Positions 9,357 to 19,065 of a stretch of DNA of 64,000 nucleotides are shown here, one piece after another; positions within the stretch are counted from its first letter, which is position 1; every line of letters starts with the position of its first letter. Location of the stretch: assembly GCA_965263035.1 (NCBI GenBank), contig OZ253580.1, positions 5,184,001 to 5,248,000 on the forward strand. Direction: 5' to 3'. The notes beneath the pieces are model-generated. The model was not told where the DNA came from, did no database searches, and saw only the letters and a list, made by a program, of their open reading frames with translations. A program made the translations under genes and the position numbers. Origin of the DNA: Acidobacteriota bacterium (GTDB taxonomy: Bacteria; Acidobacteriota; UBA6911; RPQK01; JAJDTT01).

Positions 9357-10241
9357 GGATTCGACGACCGGGGTCTGGCCGCCGCGCAGGACGGTGCTTC
9401 CTCCGTAGAACTCGGTCTGGTCGATGCTGGGGCGCGTGTCGATGCCGGCCAGGTCGAGACGCTGACTCTGGGAGAAGAAGTGGGCAGGATTGTCCCAGAC
9501 GATGGTCCGGATGGTCTGCAGCGTGATCCCGCTCTCCAGCATCAGGTCGGTGGTCTTGGGGACCTTCAGGGGATCGCTGATGCCCCAGTCCGCGGCGCTG
9601 TTGATGAGGATCCGCTCGCTTCCGTATTCCTTCACCAACTTCACCATCCGCACCTCATCCATTTTGGTGTGGGGGTAGATGGTGTGGCCGGCCCAGCAAC
9701 CGGTGTCCAGGACCAGGGGAAGGGTCTCCTCCGTGTTGTGATCGATGAGGGCCCTTTCCTCCGGGAAACCGACGCTGCGAATGAGATCCAACGAGCGGAT
9801 GGTGCCCCGCTTCTTGTCCCGGTGAGGCGTGTGCACGAGGACGGGCAGGTCCATCTCCATGGCCAGTTCCAGCTGGGTGGCAAAGATCCGCTCCTCCACG
9901 TCCGTCTGATCGTCGTAGCCGATCTCTCCCACGGCGACGACGCCGTCCTTCTGCAGGTAGCGGGGAAGCAGCGAGATCACTTCCTCGGCCAGCTTGGGGT
10001 TGTTGGCCTCCTTGGGGTTCAGGCCGATGGTGCAGAAGTGGCGGATGCCGAATTGGGACGCCCGGAAACGCTCCCAGCCCAGCAGGCTGTTGAAGTAGTC
10101 GATGAACGATCCGACGTTGGTTCGAGGCTGCCCCAGCCAGAATGAAGGCTCAACGATGACCAGGATCCCGTTTTGAGCCATGGACGCATAGTCGTCGGTG
10201 GTCCGGGAGGTCATGTGGATGTGAGGATCGAAGATCTTCAT
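9354..10241 (-). CDS. eboB: TatD-family metallohydrolase (EboB-like)
   Basis: DPHIH, GEIG, VHTPH, IDH and NSAADWG motifs; FWLGQPRT is typical of EboB. Confidence 0.88.
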   Translation of the reverse strand: MKIFDPHIHMTSRTTDDYASMAQNGILVIVEPSFWLGQPRTNVGSFIDYFNSLLGWERFRASQFGIRHFCTIGLNPKEANNPKLAEEVISLLPRYLQKDGVVAVGEIGYDDQTDVEERIFATQLELAMEMDLPVLVHTPHRDKKRGTIRSLDLIRSVGFPEERALIDHNTEETLPLVLDTGCWAGHTIYPHTKMDEVRMVKLVKEYGSERILINSAADWGISDPLKVPKTTDLMLESGITLQTIRTIVWDNPAHFFSQSQRLDLAGIDTRPSIDQTEFYGGSTVLRGGQTPVVES

Positions 10242-10250
10242 GGCGAAAAT

Positions 10251-11111
10251 TCATTGGACCATCTTGGCCAACGAGGCGTCAATAGCGGCCAGAACCCGGT
10301 CCTCGGATTCGACGTCCCGCCGCCGCTCCAGCTCGGCTCGGCTCCGGTTTTCGCGAGCGTAACCCAAAGCTCGCGCCGCCCAGTAGCGGTGACGCGAATG
10401 GCCCCGGTGCAGATAGGGATAGACGCGCTCGATCCTCTCAGGAGCGATGCAGGGCGCCACGACCCACCAGAGGTCGGGCGGAACGTCCCGTCCGGCCGCC
10501 TCCCGTTCGCTGGCATAATCGTCGGCCATCCGTGAAAGCTCCGGATTGAATCGGGATTCCAGTTCCAGAATGCGCTCCACTCGTATTCCGTTGAACAGGC
10601 TCTTGAGCACCATCTGGTTGAAGTTCAGTTCCGGGAAGTGGGCCGCCGGGTAGGGATTCTCGCAGGCGATGGCTTCCAGCAGCGGAACGATGTTGGTCCG
10701 GCAGGCGTCGATGGCCGCGTCCAGAAAACGTCCGCGGTCGTGGAGTAGGTTCAATCCCCGGAGCCAACTCTGCTGCTCCCGGCTGTCGCCCTGCTGGTAG
10801 CATTCCAGCACCGTCTCGAAATACTCGTCCGAAGGCAGGTGAGCGATCTGCAGCAGCAGGATTGCCCGGGCCAGCTCGTCCAAGCCCCAGTGATCCATCG
10901 GAAGATCCGGGCGCAGGGAATTCCAGCGGCGAGTCTCACCCGGGTCCAGGGCCACAGCCTTCTTTCCCAACCGCAATGAGGCGCCCGCGTAGTTGCCCAG
11001 TAACCGGTTCGGATCGACGGGATCTTCAGTGCCCCGGCACGCCGTCTGGAACCAGTCCCAGCCGCGGCTGGAGGCGCGGGCCCTGAGAATCTCGGTCAGA
11101 AAATCGATCAC
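10251..11111 (-). CDS. eboA: EboA domain protein with HEAT-like C-terminus
   Basis: CRTN..L..AIACENPYPAAHF.E..FNQMVLK and DYASEREAAGRDVP motifs; adjacent to eboB. Confidence 0.82.
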   Translation of the reverse strand: MIDFLTEILRARASSRGWDWFQTACRGTEDPVDPNRLLGNYAGASLRLGKKAVALDPGETRRWNSLRPDLPMDHWGLDELARAILLLQIAHLPSDEYFETVLECYQQGDSREQQSWLRGLNLLHDRGRFLDAAIDACRTNIVPLLEAIACENPYPAAHFPELNFNQMVLKSLFNGIRVERILELESRFNPELSRMADDYASEREAAGRDVPPDLWWVVAPCIAPERIERVYPYLHRGHSRHRYWAARALGYARENRSRAELERRRDVESEDRVLAAIDASLAKMVQ

Positions 11112-11177
11112 GGTTCGTGGGTCCAGCGAGCGAAATATGCCGATAACGGGAGGCTATGGTCCCCGAGACGGGAAACC

Positions 11178-13088
11178 TTGTCAAACGCCGACCCAACCCC
11201 ATTCCTTGCCATGTATTACTGCCTGTTGCATCATGCTCAGACTGTGCCGGCGCGTCGAGGCTTCTTCAGGATCGGGTTTTTCCTGGCGGGACTTCTCCTG
11301 CTCTTCTGTACCGAGGGGTGGAGCCAGGAATTCCGTCGTCTCGACCAGGAGCAGACCCCCCCGGAATTCGCCACGCGGGAAGAATGGCTGGCGCGGGCGC
11401 ACGAACTCCGAACCCGGATCATGGTCAGTGCGGGGCTGGAACCGCTACCCGCCAGGACTCCCCTGGATCCCCGGCTTTCCCCGCCTCTGACGCGGGACGG
11501 CTATACGGTCCGGAACGTCAGCCTGGAAACCCTTCCCGGGTTCTATCTCACCGGGAACCTCTACCGGCCCCTGGGAATCGATCCTCCCTTTCCGGCCGTT
11601 CTCGGTCCTCACGGCCATTGGAAGAACGGGCGGTTGGAGCACAGCGAGCTGTCGTCGGTCCCGGGGCGCGCCATCAATCTGGCCCGCCGCGGCGCCGTGG
11701 TGTTCACCTATTCCATGATCGGTTACGAGGAGAACAAGGACCTCATCCCTCATCGTTTCGACGAGCCCCGCTACCAGCTCTGGGGTTTCGGCCCACTGGG
11801 CCTTCAGCTCTGGAACAGCCTCCGGGCCTTGGACTTTCTCATCTCCATGACCGACGTGGACCCCGGCCGGATCGGCATGACCGGGGCCTCGGGCGGAGGC
11901 ACCCAGACTTTCCTGCTGATGGCCGTGGATCCCAGAATCGCGGTGGCGGCGCCGGTGAACATGATCTCGGCCCACTACCAGGGGGGATGCATCTGCGAGA
12001 ACGCTCCCCTCTTGCGCCTGGATCTCGTCAATACGGAGATCGGAGCCATGATGGCTCCACGACCGTTGATGTTGGTCTCCACCAGCGGCGATTGGACCTC
12101 CAAGACTCCGGACGTGGAGTTTCCGGCCATCCGCTCCGTCTACCGCCTCTTCGGCGCGGAGGAACGGGTCGCCAATGCCCATTTCGACTACCCGCACAAC
12201 TACAACCGGGACAGCCGGGAGGCGGTCTATGGATGGTTCGGGAAATGGCTGTGGGGTGAGGAGCGTTTCCGTGAAGAGCCGTTCCAGGTGGAGCCGACGG
12301 ATGCCCTGAAAGCCGTCCTTCCGGTGCCGCCGCTGCCTTTGGAAGAGCTCTTCTCCAACTTCGCCGCCCGGGCCCGGGGACAGATCGAGATCCACAAGCC
12401 GCGGGACTGGGAAGGAATCTTTCGCTACCGGGAGGTCTTTGGCCCCGTCTTGCGGCACTCTCTTTCGGTGCCTCCGTCACCGGGCTCCATCGAGATGGAG
12501 GTCCTGTTGCCCGATCCCCATCATCGCGCCGGCCGGGCCGTCCTCGTGGTGTATCCGCGAGAGCAGGAGGAACGGGCCCGGGAATTGGCGAGCCGATACC
12601 GGGACGACGGGAGCCTGGCGTTTCGGATCAGCCCCTACCCCCAGGTCGAGGCGCTGATTCCTCCCGAAGACGTCAATCACTGGACGACCTACAACCCGAC
12701 GCCCGCGGCACGGCGAATCGCCCAGGTCCGGCGGGCCTGCCGGGAGATCCTGGACCGGGGAGACGTGACCGGTCTGGACCTGGTGGGGCTGGGAGAGGCG
12801 GGGGCGTGGGTCCTGCTTGGCGCCGCCACGGGCCCCCCTGTCGGGCGCGTCACGGCCGAGTTGGGGGAGTTCTCCGGCGACACGGATCAGATCTTTCTGG
12901 ATCGGCTCAACGTGCCTCTGCTGCGGCGGGCCGGAGACCTCAAGACGGCGGCGGTGCTGTTGGCGCCCCAGCGACTGTCCCTGCACGGGCTGGGTGAGGG
13001 ACCTCTCAAGCTGTGGTTCCAGGATGTCTACCGGGCGGCCGGCGCGGGCGGTATTCTGGAGCTCCGGAGCGCACCCATCGGGGAATAG
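11178..13088 (+). CDS. Alpha/beta-hydrolase (acetylxylan esterase-like), probably secreted
   Basis: PHGHW, G-A-S-G-G-G nucleophile elbow and HNYN; hydrophobic N-terminal segment; second degenerate hydrolase domain. Confidence 0.8.
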   Translation: MSNADPTPFLAMYYCLLHHAQTVPARRGFFRIGFFLAGLLLLFCTEGWSQEFRRLDQEQTPPEFATREEWLARAHELRTRIMVSAGLEPLPARTPLDPRLSPPLTRDGYTVRNVSLETLPGFYLTGNLYRPLGIDPPFPAVLGPHGHWKNGRLEHSELSSVPGRAINLARRGAVVFTYSMIGYEENKDLIPHRFDEPRYQLWGFGPLGLQLWNSLRALDFLISMTDVDPGRIGMTGASGGGTQTFLLMAVDPRIAVAAPVNMISAHYQGGCICENAPLLRLDLVNTEIGAMMAPRPLMLVSTSGDWTSKTPDVEFPAIRSVYRLFGAEERVANAHFDYPHNYNRDSREAVYGWFGKWLWGEERFREEPFQVEPTDALKAVLPVPPLPLEELFSNFAARARGQIEIHKPRDWEGIFRYREVFGPVLRHSLSVPPSPGSIEMEVLLPDPHHRAGRAVLVVYPREQEERARELASRYRDDGSLAFRISPYPQVEALIPPEDVNHWTTYNPTPAARRIAQVRRACREILDRGDVTGLDLVGLGEAGAWVLLGAATGPPVGRVTAELGEFSGDTDQIFLDRLNVPLLRRAGDLKTAAVLLAPQRLSLHGLGEGPLKLWFQDVYRAAGAGGILELRSAPIGE

Positions 13089-13144
13089 CGGGTCGGGAAG
13101 CGGGTTTTTCCTGATTCGGCGGTAGCAGAAATTCAAGGAGAGCC

Positions 13145-14494
13145 ATGACCGACCGATCTCATGCGGACCAGACGCAAACAGCGCCCCGGGGATTCCGTCC
13201 CGTCCTGCGCAAACTAGGTCCCGGACTCATCATTTCCGGGTCCATCGTGGGCTCGGGAGAACTCATCGCCACCACTACCCTCGGCGCCGAGGTCGGCTTC
13301 GTCGCTCTCTGGCTGATCATCCTGAGCTGCGGCATCAAGGTCGTGGTCCAGGAGGAGCTGGGACGGTACGTGGTTTCCTCGGGGGAGACCGCGTTACAGG
13401 GGCTGAATCGGGTCCCGGGACCCCGGTGGCGGGTGTCATGGGTGGTCTGGTGCTGGTGGATCATGACCCTTGGAGTCGTCATTCAGGGAGGCGGCATCGT
13501 CGGCGGGGTCGGTCAGGTCTTCCACCTCTTCCTGCCCCAGATCAGCGGGACAGCCTGGGCCATGGTCGCCGCGGTCACGGTGATGGCGCTTCTGTTCCGG
13601 GGGCACTACGGGAGAGTGGAGAAGATCTGTGTGGGGATGGTGGTCAGCTTCACCTTCGTCACCATCGCCTGCGCCGTCCTGCTGGGGTGGACCCCTTTCT
13701 CCCCCACCGTGGAAGACTTCCTCTTCGGCCTGCGGCTGGGCCTTCCGGAGGGGGGACTCGCCGTCGCCTTCGCCGCCTTCGGTATCACCGGAGTGGGCGC
13801 CACCGAGTTGATCATGTATCCGTACTGGTGCCTGGAAAAGGGTTACGCGCGCTTCGTGGGTACCCGGGAGGAGGGCGCCCCATGGGAGGAGCGGGCAAGG
13901 GGCTGGATCCGGGTCATGCAAGCGGACGTGCTCATGGCCATGGTGATCTACACCACGGCGACGGTGGCGTTCTACATTCTGGGTGCGGCGGTCCTCCACG
14001 AAATGGGGACGGTCCCGGCCGGCTACGGAATGGTCTCCACCCTGTCGAACATGTACACCTCCACTCTGGGACAGGGGGCCTTCTACCTCTTTCTGGTGGG
14101 GGCCTTCTTCGTGCTCTACTCGACTCTCTTCGCCGGCGTCGCCAGCAGTTCCCGGGTCGTCACGGACTTCCTGCATTTGGTGGGAGTGGTCCGGATCGAG
14201 AGCGAGAGCCAACTCCTGTTCTGGAGGCGGGTGGTGATCGTGGTGGTCCCGACGCTCTACGTCGTACTCTACGGATGGGTGGCGCAGCCGGTCTTCATGG
14301 TCATCATCGGCGGGATCTTCCAAGCGTGCATGCTCCCCGTCATCAGTTTCTCGGCCATCTACCTCCGCTACCGCCACACCGACCGGGCGATCCGCCCCGG
14401 TCTCGTGATCGACGTGCTGCTCTGGATCTGCTCCACCGTCATGCTGCTCTTCGCCGTCTACTATGTGGCCAAGAGGTTCGGGTTCGGCGCCTGA
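13145..14494 (+). CDS. Nramp-family (YcsG-like) transporter
   Basis: LGPGLI....VGSGELI motif; about 11 TM segments. Confidence 0.8.
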   Translation: MTDRSHADQTQTAPRGFRPVLRKLGPGLIISGSIVGSGELIATTTLGAEVGFVALWLIILSCGIKVVVQEELGRYVVSSGETALQGLNRVPGPRWRVSWVVWCWWIMTLGVVIQGGGIVGGVGQVFHLFLPQISGTAWAMVAAVTVMALLFRGHYGRVEKICVGMVVSFTFVTIACAVLLGWTPFSPTVEDFLFGLRLGLPEGGLAVAFAAFGITGVGATELIMYPYWCLEKGYARFVGTREEGAPWEERARGWIRVMQADVLMAMVIYTTATVAFYILGAAVLHEMGTVPAGYGMVSTLSNMYTSTLGQGAFYLFLVGAFFVLYSTLFAGVASSSRVVTDFLHLVGVVRIESESQLLFWRRVVIVVVPTLYVVLYGWVAQPVFMVIIGGIFQACMLPVISFSAIYLRYRHTDRAIRPGLVIDVLLWICSTVMLLFAVYYVAKRFGFGA

Positions 14495-14558
14495 CGGTCC
14501 GTGACCAGAGTCGCCGCGGAATTGGACGGGCGCTGGATCGCGGCCGACGGTAAGGGAC

Positions 14559-14583
14559 GGCGACCACGAGGGTCGCCCCCACG
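14559..14583. repeat. REP-like short palindrome between convergent genes
   Basis: GGCGACCACGAGGGTCGCCCCCAC hairpin resembling GGGCGACCnCnnGGGTCGCCCCTAC-type REPs. Confidence 0.5.
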
Positions 14584-14592
14584 GGGGTTGTC

Positions 14593-15315
14593 CTACGCGG
14601 TCGGCTTCTGGAAGATGACGATGTGTTGGCGGGGCAGGAGGTCGAGCGTCTCCACCCAGACCAGCGGATGCACCGAGATCTCGCGCCGGACCTGATCCTG
14701 GCTCATCTTGTGGAGCCGGAGGATGGGAACCGTCGGGTCCTCGGCCCGGTACTCCACCAGGACCAGGCGCCCACCCGGCTTCAGCGCCCGGTGAATTCCC
14801 CGGATCATCTCCCAGGGATGAGAGAGTTCGTGGTAGACATCCACCAGGAGGGCGAGGTCCACGCTCTCCGGAGCGAGACCGGGGTCCTGGATGGTCCCTC
14901 GGATGGGTTTCACATTGTCGATTTTCCTCTGGGCGGCGCGGCGGCGGATGATCTGAAGCATCTCGTCCTGGATGTCGACGGCCAGCACCCGTCCTGCGGT
15001 TCCCACTCTCCGGGCAAGGCGGAAGGCAAAGTATCCGGATCCGGCCCCGACATCGGCGACCGTCATTGCCTTGAGGGTCCCCAGGGCGTCGAGCAGAGCC
15101 TCGGGATCCTCCTCGGACTCCCGCTCGGGGCGGTCCAGCCAGGAAGCGCCCTGGTGTCCCATGACGCGGGAGATCTCCCGGCCCATGTAGAACTTGCCGG
15201 TTCCGTGGGGATCGGTGCTGGTCCGGTGCTCGTAGCGTGGCGTTTCCGCTTGGGCGACGGTCGTAAGCAGCAGCGGCAGGACCCAGGCCAGGAGCAAAAC
15301 GGGGCTCGATTTCAT
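14593..15315 (-). CDS. Class I SAM-dependent methyltransferase with signal peptide
   Basis: VADVGAGSGY motif I, VDIQ and VDVYHE. Confidence 0.88.
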   Translation of the reverse strand: MKSSPVLLLAWVLPLLLTTVAQAETPRYEHRTSTDPHGTGKFYMGREISRVMGHQGASWLDRPERESEEDPEALLDALGTLKAMTVADVGAGSGYFAFRLARRVGTAGRVLAVDIQDEMLQIIRRRAAQRKIDNVKPIRGTIQDPGLAPESVDLALLVDVYHELSHPWEMIRGIHRALKPGGRLVLVEYRAEDPTVPILRLHKMSQDQVRREISVHPLVWVETLDLLPRQHIVIFQKPTA

Positions 15316-15405
15316 GGCCAGCCAGTTTAGCAGCAGACGACCTTCGAGAGGGTCGCACAGAGGGGGGAATTGGCTGAGGAGAGGGTTGTCCAACTGGGCG
15401 CTCGG

Positions 15406-15434
15406 TTGATTTGGCCAGGGGGCTACGGTATAAA
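15406..15434 (+). promoter_or_regulatory. Sigma70-type promoter for the DUF1501 operon
   Basis: TTGATT-N17-TATAAA about 75 nt upstream of the GGGAGG RBS and ATG. Confidence 0.5.
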
Positions 15435-15509
15435 ACCCCTAAAACCGCCGTTAGAACGGCAGCCTCAGGGCGGCATCCGCAGGTGGTTTTTTGAATCGGG
15501 AGGAATTCC

Positions 15510-16886
15510 ATGCTGAGACTCGACGCCGACAAGCCCGTATCGTTCTGCGACGGTTTCAACCGGCGCGATTTTTTCCACGTCGGAGCGCTGTCCGGGTTGG
15601 GACTCAGTCTGGTCGACGTCTTCGGCCTGAAGGCCCTGGGGTCCGTCGATGCCGAGAAGGACCCCATGAACTGCATCTTCCTCTTCCTGGTCGGCGGTCC
15701 CAGCCAGTTGGACACCTGGGACATGAAGCCGGATGCGCCGGCCGAGATCCGGGGTCCGTTCAAGCCCATTCCCACCAACGTGGACGGAATCCGGATCAGC
15801 GAGATCTTCCCGCGGATGGCTCGGCACGCCGACAAGTATTCCCTGGTGAGGAGCCTCTACCACACGGCGGCTGCGGTCCATGACACGGGCCATCAGATGA
15901 TGCAGACCGGCCGCCTTTTTCAAGCCGGCATGGAGCACCCGCACGCCGGCTGCGTCATCAACAAGCTCCGGGGCCCGCGTGGGGCCCTGCCGGCCCACGT
16001 CCTGATCCCCCGTCCCATCGGCAAGACCGGCGGCAACATGCCCCACGGCCAGGACGCCGGGTACCTGGGCCGGGGGCTCGACCCCTTCGTCCTCAACAGC
16101 GACCCGTCCCTGCCCGATTTCAAGGTGCGGGACCTCCTGCCTCCCGACTACATCTCCGCAAATCGTCTGAACCGGCGCCGTAACCTGAGAGAGATCGTGG
16201 ACGGGGTGGTTGGTAAATTCGAGAACAGTGATGACGCCCGGCTGCTGGATTCCAGTTTCCATCAGGCTTATACCCTGATCTCGTCCGCGCGTGCCCGGGA
16301 GGCGTTCGACATCACCCTGGAAGACGATGGGGTTCGAGACCGTTACGGCCGCAACAAGTTCGGGCAGAGCTGCCTGCTGGCCCGGCGGCTGGTGGAACGG
16401 GGCGTTCGGTTCGTCACGGTCAACATGTTCGAGACCGTCTTCAACGAGATCACGTGGGACATTCATGGATCGGCCCCCTTCAGCCCCATCAGCTGCTACT
16501 CCGATCTGGTCGGTCCCATGTTCGACAACGGTTTCTCCTCGCTGCTGGAGGATCTGCAGGACCGCAGGATGCTGGAGAATACACTGATCGTGGCCATGGG
16601 CGAGTTCGGGCGCACGCCCAAGATCAACCCGGCCGGCGGTCGCGATCACTGGCCCGGATGCTGGTCCACGGTTTTCGCCGGCGGCGGCATCCAGGGTGGA
16701 CGGGTCGTAGGCGAGTCGGACGAGATCGGAGCCCTTCCCAAGGATCGACCGGTGACCCCGGCCGAGGTCCTGGCCACCGTATACCACCTGCTCGGCGTGG
16801 ATCTGGAGACGGAGCTGGACGGGCCCGGTGGCCGGCCGGTGCCGATCGTGGATTACAACGTCGAGCCCATCTACGAGTTGATCTGA
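15510..16886 (+). CDS. DUF1501 domain protein (Tat-like signal)
   Basis: NRRDFF, FL.GGPSQLDTWDMKP, LLARRLVERGVRFV, GEFGRTP and GRDHW. Confidence 0.92.
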   Translation: MLRLDADKPVSFCDGFNRRDFFHVGALSGLGLSLVDVFGLKALGSVDAEKDPMNCIFLFLVGGPSQLDTWDMKPDAPAEIRGPFKPIPTNVDGIRISEIFPRMARHADKYSLVRSLYHTAAAVHDTGHQMMQTGRLFQAGMEHPHAGCVINKLRGPRGALPAHVLIPRPIGKTGGNMPHGQDAGYLGRGLDPFVLNSDPSLPDFKVRDLLPPDYISANRLNRRRNLREIVDGVVGKFENSDDARLLDSSFHQAYTLISSARAREAFDITLEDDGVRDRYGRNKFGQSCLLARRLVERGVRFVTVNMFETVFNEITWDIHGSAPFSPISCYSDLVGPMFDNGFSSLLEDLQDRRMLENTLIVAMGEFGRTPKINPAGGRDHWPGCWSTVFAGGGIQGGRVVGESDEIGALPKDRPVTPAEVLATVYHLLGVDLETELDGPGGRPVPIVDYNVEPIYELI

Positions 16887-16890
16887 GGTC

Positions 16891-19047
16891 TTGACCAAGC
16901 GGTCACCATTCCTTCCGGTGTTCCTCCTGTCCCTTGCCGTCTTGGAGGCGGCTCCGGCTTCCCCCAGTTTCCGGAACGACGTCCTGCCGATTCTGAGCAA
17001 GGCGGGCTGCAATTCGGGTCCCTGTCACGGTGCGCTGGCGGGGAAGAACGGGTTCCGGCTCTCGCTTCGCGGATACGATCCGGTCACCGACTACTTTTCC
17101 CTCACTCGGGAGGCGCTGGGCCGCAGATTGGTCAAGATGGCGCCCGCCCGGAGCCTGATTCTCTTGAAGCCGACCCTGACCCTTCCCCACGGAGGAGGGA
17201 AGCGCTTCGAGGTCGACTCTCCCGAATACCGGGTGATCGCGGCTTGGGTCGCGGCGGGAGCGCCGGCCCCGAATCCCGGCGACCCGGTGATCGAGAACAT
17301 CGAAGTGAGTCCCGAGAAGGTCCTGCTGAACAAACCCGGTGACACGGTCCAGATCTCGGTGCGGGCCCGATTCTCGGACGGGAGTTCCCGGGAGGTGACG
17401 CGCCAGACCAAGTTCAGTTCCACCAATGAAGGGGTCGTCTCCGTAGGCGATCAGGGTCTGGCCACCGCCATGGGCCATGGAGAGGGCGCGGTCTCCGTCT
17501 GGTATTCGAGCAAAGTGGCCTTCTCCCGCGTGACGGTGCCTCATGAACGCCAACTGGGTCCGGAAGTCTTCGGGCAGGCTCCCCGCAACAACCGGGTGGA
17601 CGACCTGGTTCTGGCCAAACTCCGCGAACTGCGGGTTCCTCCCTCCCCGCTGTGCGACGACAACACCTTCGTCCGAAGGGTCCATTTGGACACGCTCGGA
17701 GTGTTGCCGAGCCGGCAGGATCTGAGCCGATTCCTTGCGGATACGCGCAGTGACCGGCGGGCGCGCCTGATCGATTCGGTCCTGGAGCGGCCCGAGTACG
17801 TGGATTACTGGACCTACAAGTGGTCCGATCTGCTCCTGGTCTCCAGCCGCAAGCTGGAATCGGCCGCCATGTGGTCCTACTACGACTGGATCCGGAATGC
17901 GGTAGCCGAGAACCGTCCTTGGGACCGGTTCATCGAAGAACTGGTCACCGCCACCGGGAGCAATCTGGAGAACGGGGCCGTCAACTACTGGCTGATCCAC
18001 CAGCAACCGCAGGAGATCACGGAAAACCTGAGCCAGGCGTTCCTGGGGATCTCCCTGACCTGCGCCCGCTGCCACAACCATCCCCTGGAGAAGTGGACCC
18101 AGGACCAGTACTACGGGATGGCCAACCTGGTCTCCCGAGTACGGCTCAAGAACGGTCAGGCCGCAGGCGAAGTCACCCTGGTGCCGCGGCCGGTGGGAGA
18201 GGTCAACCATCCCCGCCTGGGACGGCCCATGCCGCCGCAGCCTCTGGACGGCGATTCCCTGGCGCTGGATGATCCGTCCGATCGGCGGCGCCACCTGGCG
18301 CGCTGGCTGGTGGGCAGCGAACACTTCGCCCGAAGCCTGGTCAATCGAGTCTGGGCCCATTTCTTCGGGCGGGGCATCGTGGACCCGGAGGACGATCTCA
18401 GGGCCACCAACCCGGCGTCCAACGAGGCTCTCCTGTCGGCTCTGACCCGGGATTTCATGGACAACGGACACGACGTCAAGCGTCTGATCCGAACCATTCT
18501 GAACTCGGCCACCTATCAGCTCTCCTCCACGGCAAATCCCGCCAATCGAAACGACGAAGAGTACTTCTCCCACCATCGGAGCCGCCGGTTGCCGGCCGAG
18601 GTGGTGCTCGACGCCATCTCCCAGGTCACGGAAGTCCCGGAGGAGTTCGAAGGCTATCCCCTCGGGACCCGGGCTCTCCAGTTGCCGGAGACCCAGGTCG
18701 AGTCCTATTTCCTGGATTCCTTCGGCCGTCCTCCGCGGCTGTCCTCCGGAGCCGACGAGCGCAAGGGCGAAGCCAACGTGGCCCAGGTCCTTCACCTGAT
18801 CAACGGAGGGACGCTGAACCAAAAGCTGAGAGCCGAGGGAGGCGCCGTCGATCGGTTTCTGGATCTGGAGCTTCCGGCTCCGGCACTGGTGGAGCAGGTC
18901 TATGCGACGGCCCTCTCGCGCCGGCCGAGCCGGCCTGAAATCGACCGGCTGGTCTCGGCACTGGATCTGGGGCAGGTCAGCCGCGAGGGCATCGAGGACC
19001 TGTTCTGGGCCGTCCTGACCAGCAAGGAATTTCTGTTCACTCACTGA
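16891..19047 (+). CDS. DUF1549/DUF1553 (PSCyt2/PSD1) protein with Ig-like domain
   Basis: CNSGPCHG, FLGISLTCARCHNHP, NRVWAHFFGRGIV and EDLFWAVLTSKEF. Confidence 0.9.
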   Translation: MTKRSPFLPVFLLSLAVLEAAPASPSFRNDVLPILSKAGCNSGPCHGALAGKNGFRLSLRGYDPVTDYFSLTREALGRRLVKMAPARSLILLKPTLTLPHGGGKRFEVDSPEYRVIAAWVAAGAPAPNPGDPVIENIEVSPEKVLLNKPGDTVQISVRARFSDGSSREVTRQTKFSSTNEGVVSVGDQGLATAMGHGEGAVSVWYSSKVAFSRVTVPHERQLGPEVFGQAPRNNRVDDLVLAKLRELRVPPSPLCDDNTFVRRVHLDTLGVLPSRQDLSRFLADTRSDRRARLIDSVLERPEYVDYWTYKWSDLLLVSSRKLESAAMWSYYDWIRNAVAENRPWDRFIEELVTATGSNLENGAVNYWLIHQQPQEITENLSQAFLGISLTCARCHNHPLEKWTQDQYYGMANLVSRVRLKNGQAAGEVTLVPRPVGEVNHPRLGRPMPPQPLDGDSLALDDPSDRRRHLARWLVGSEHFARSLVNRVWAHFFGRGIVDPEDDLRATNPASNEALLSALTRDFMDNGHDVKRLIRTILNSATYQLSSTANPANRNDEEYFSHHRSRRLPAEVVLDAISQVTEVPEEFEGYPLGTRALQLPETQVESYFLDSFGRPPRLSSGADERKGEANVAQVLHLINGGTLNQKLRAEGGAVDRFLDLELPAPALVEQVYATALSRRPSRPEIDRLVSALDLGQVSREGIEDLFWAVLTSKEFLFTH

Positions 19048-19065
19048 TCCACCGCGGGACGGAAA

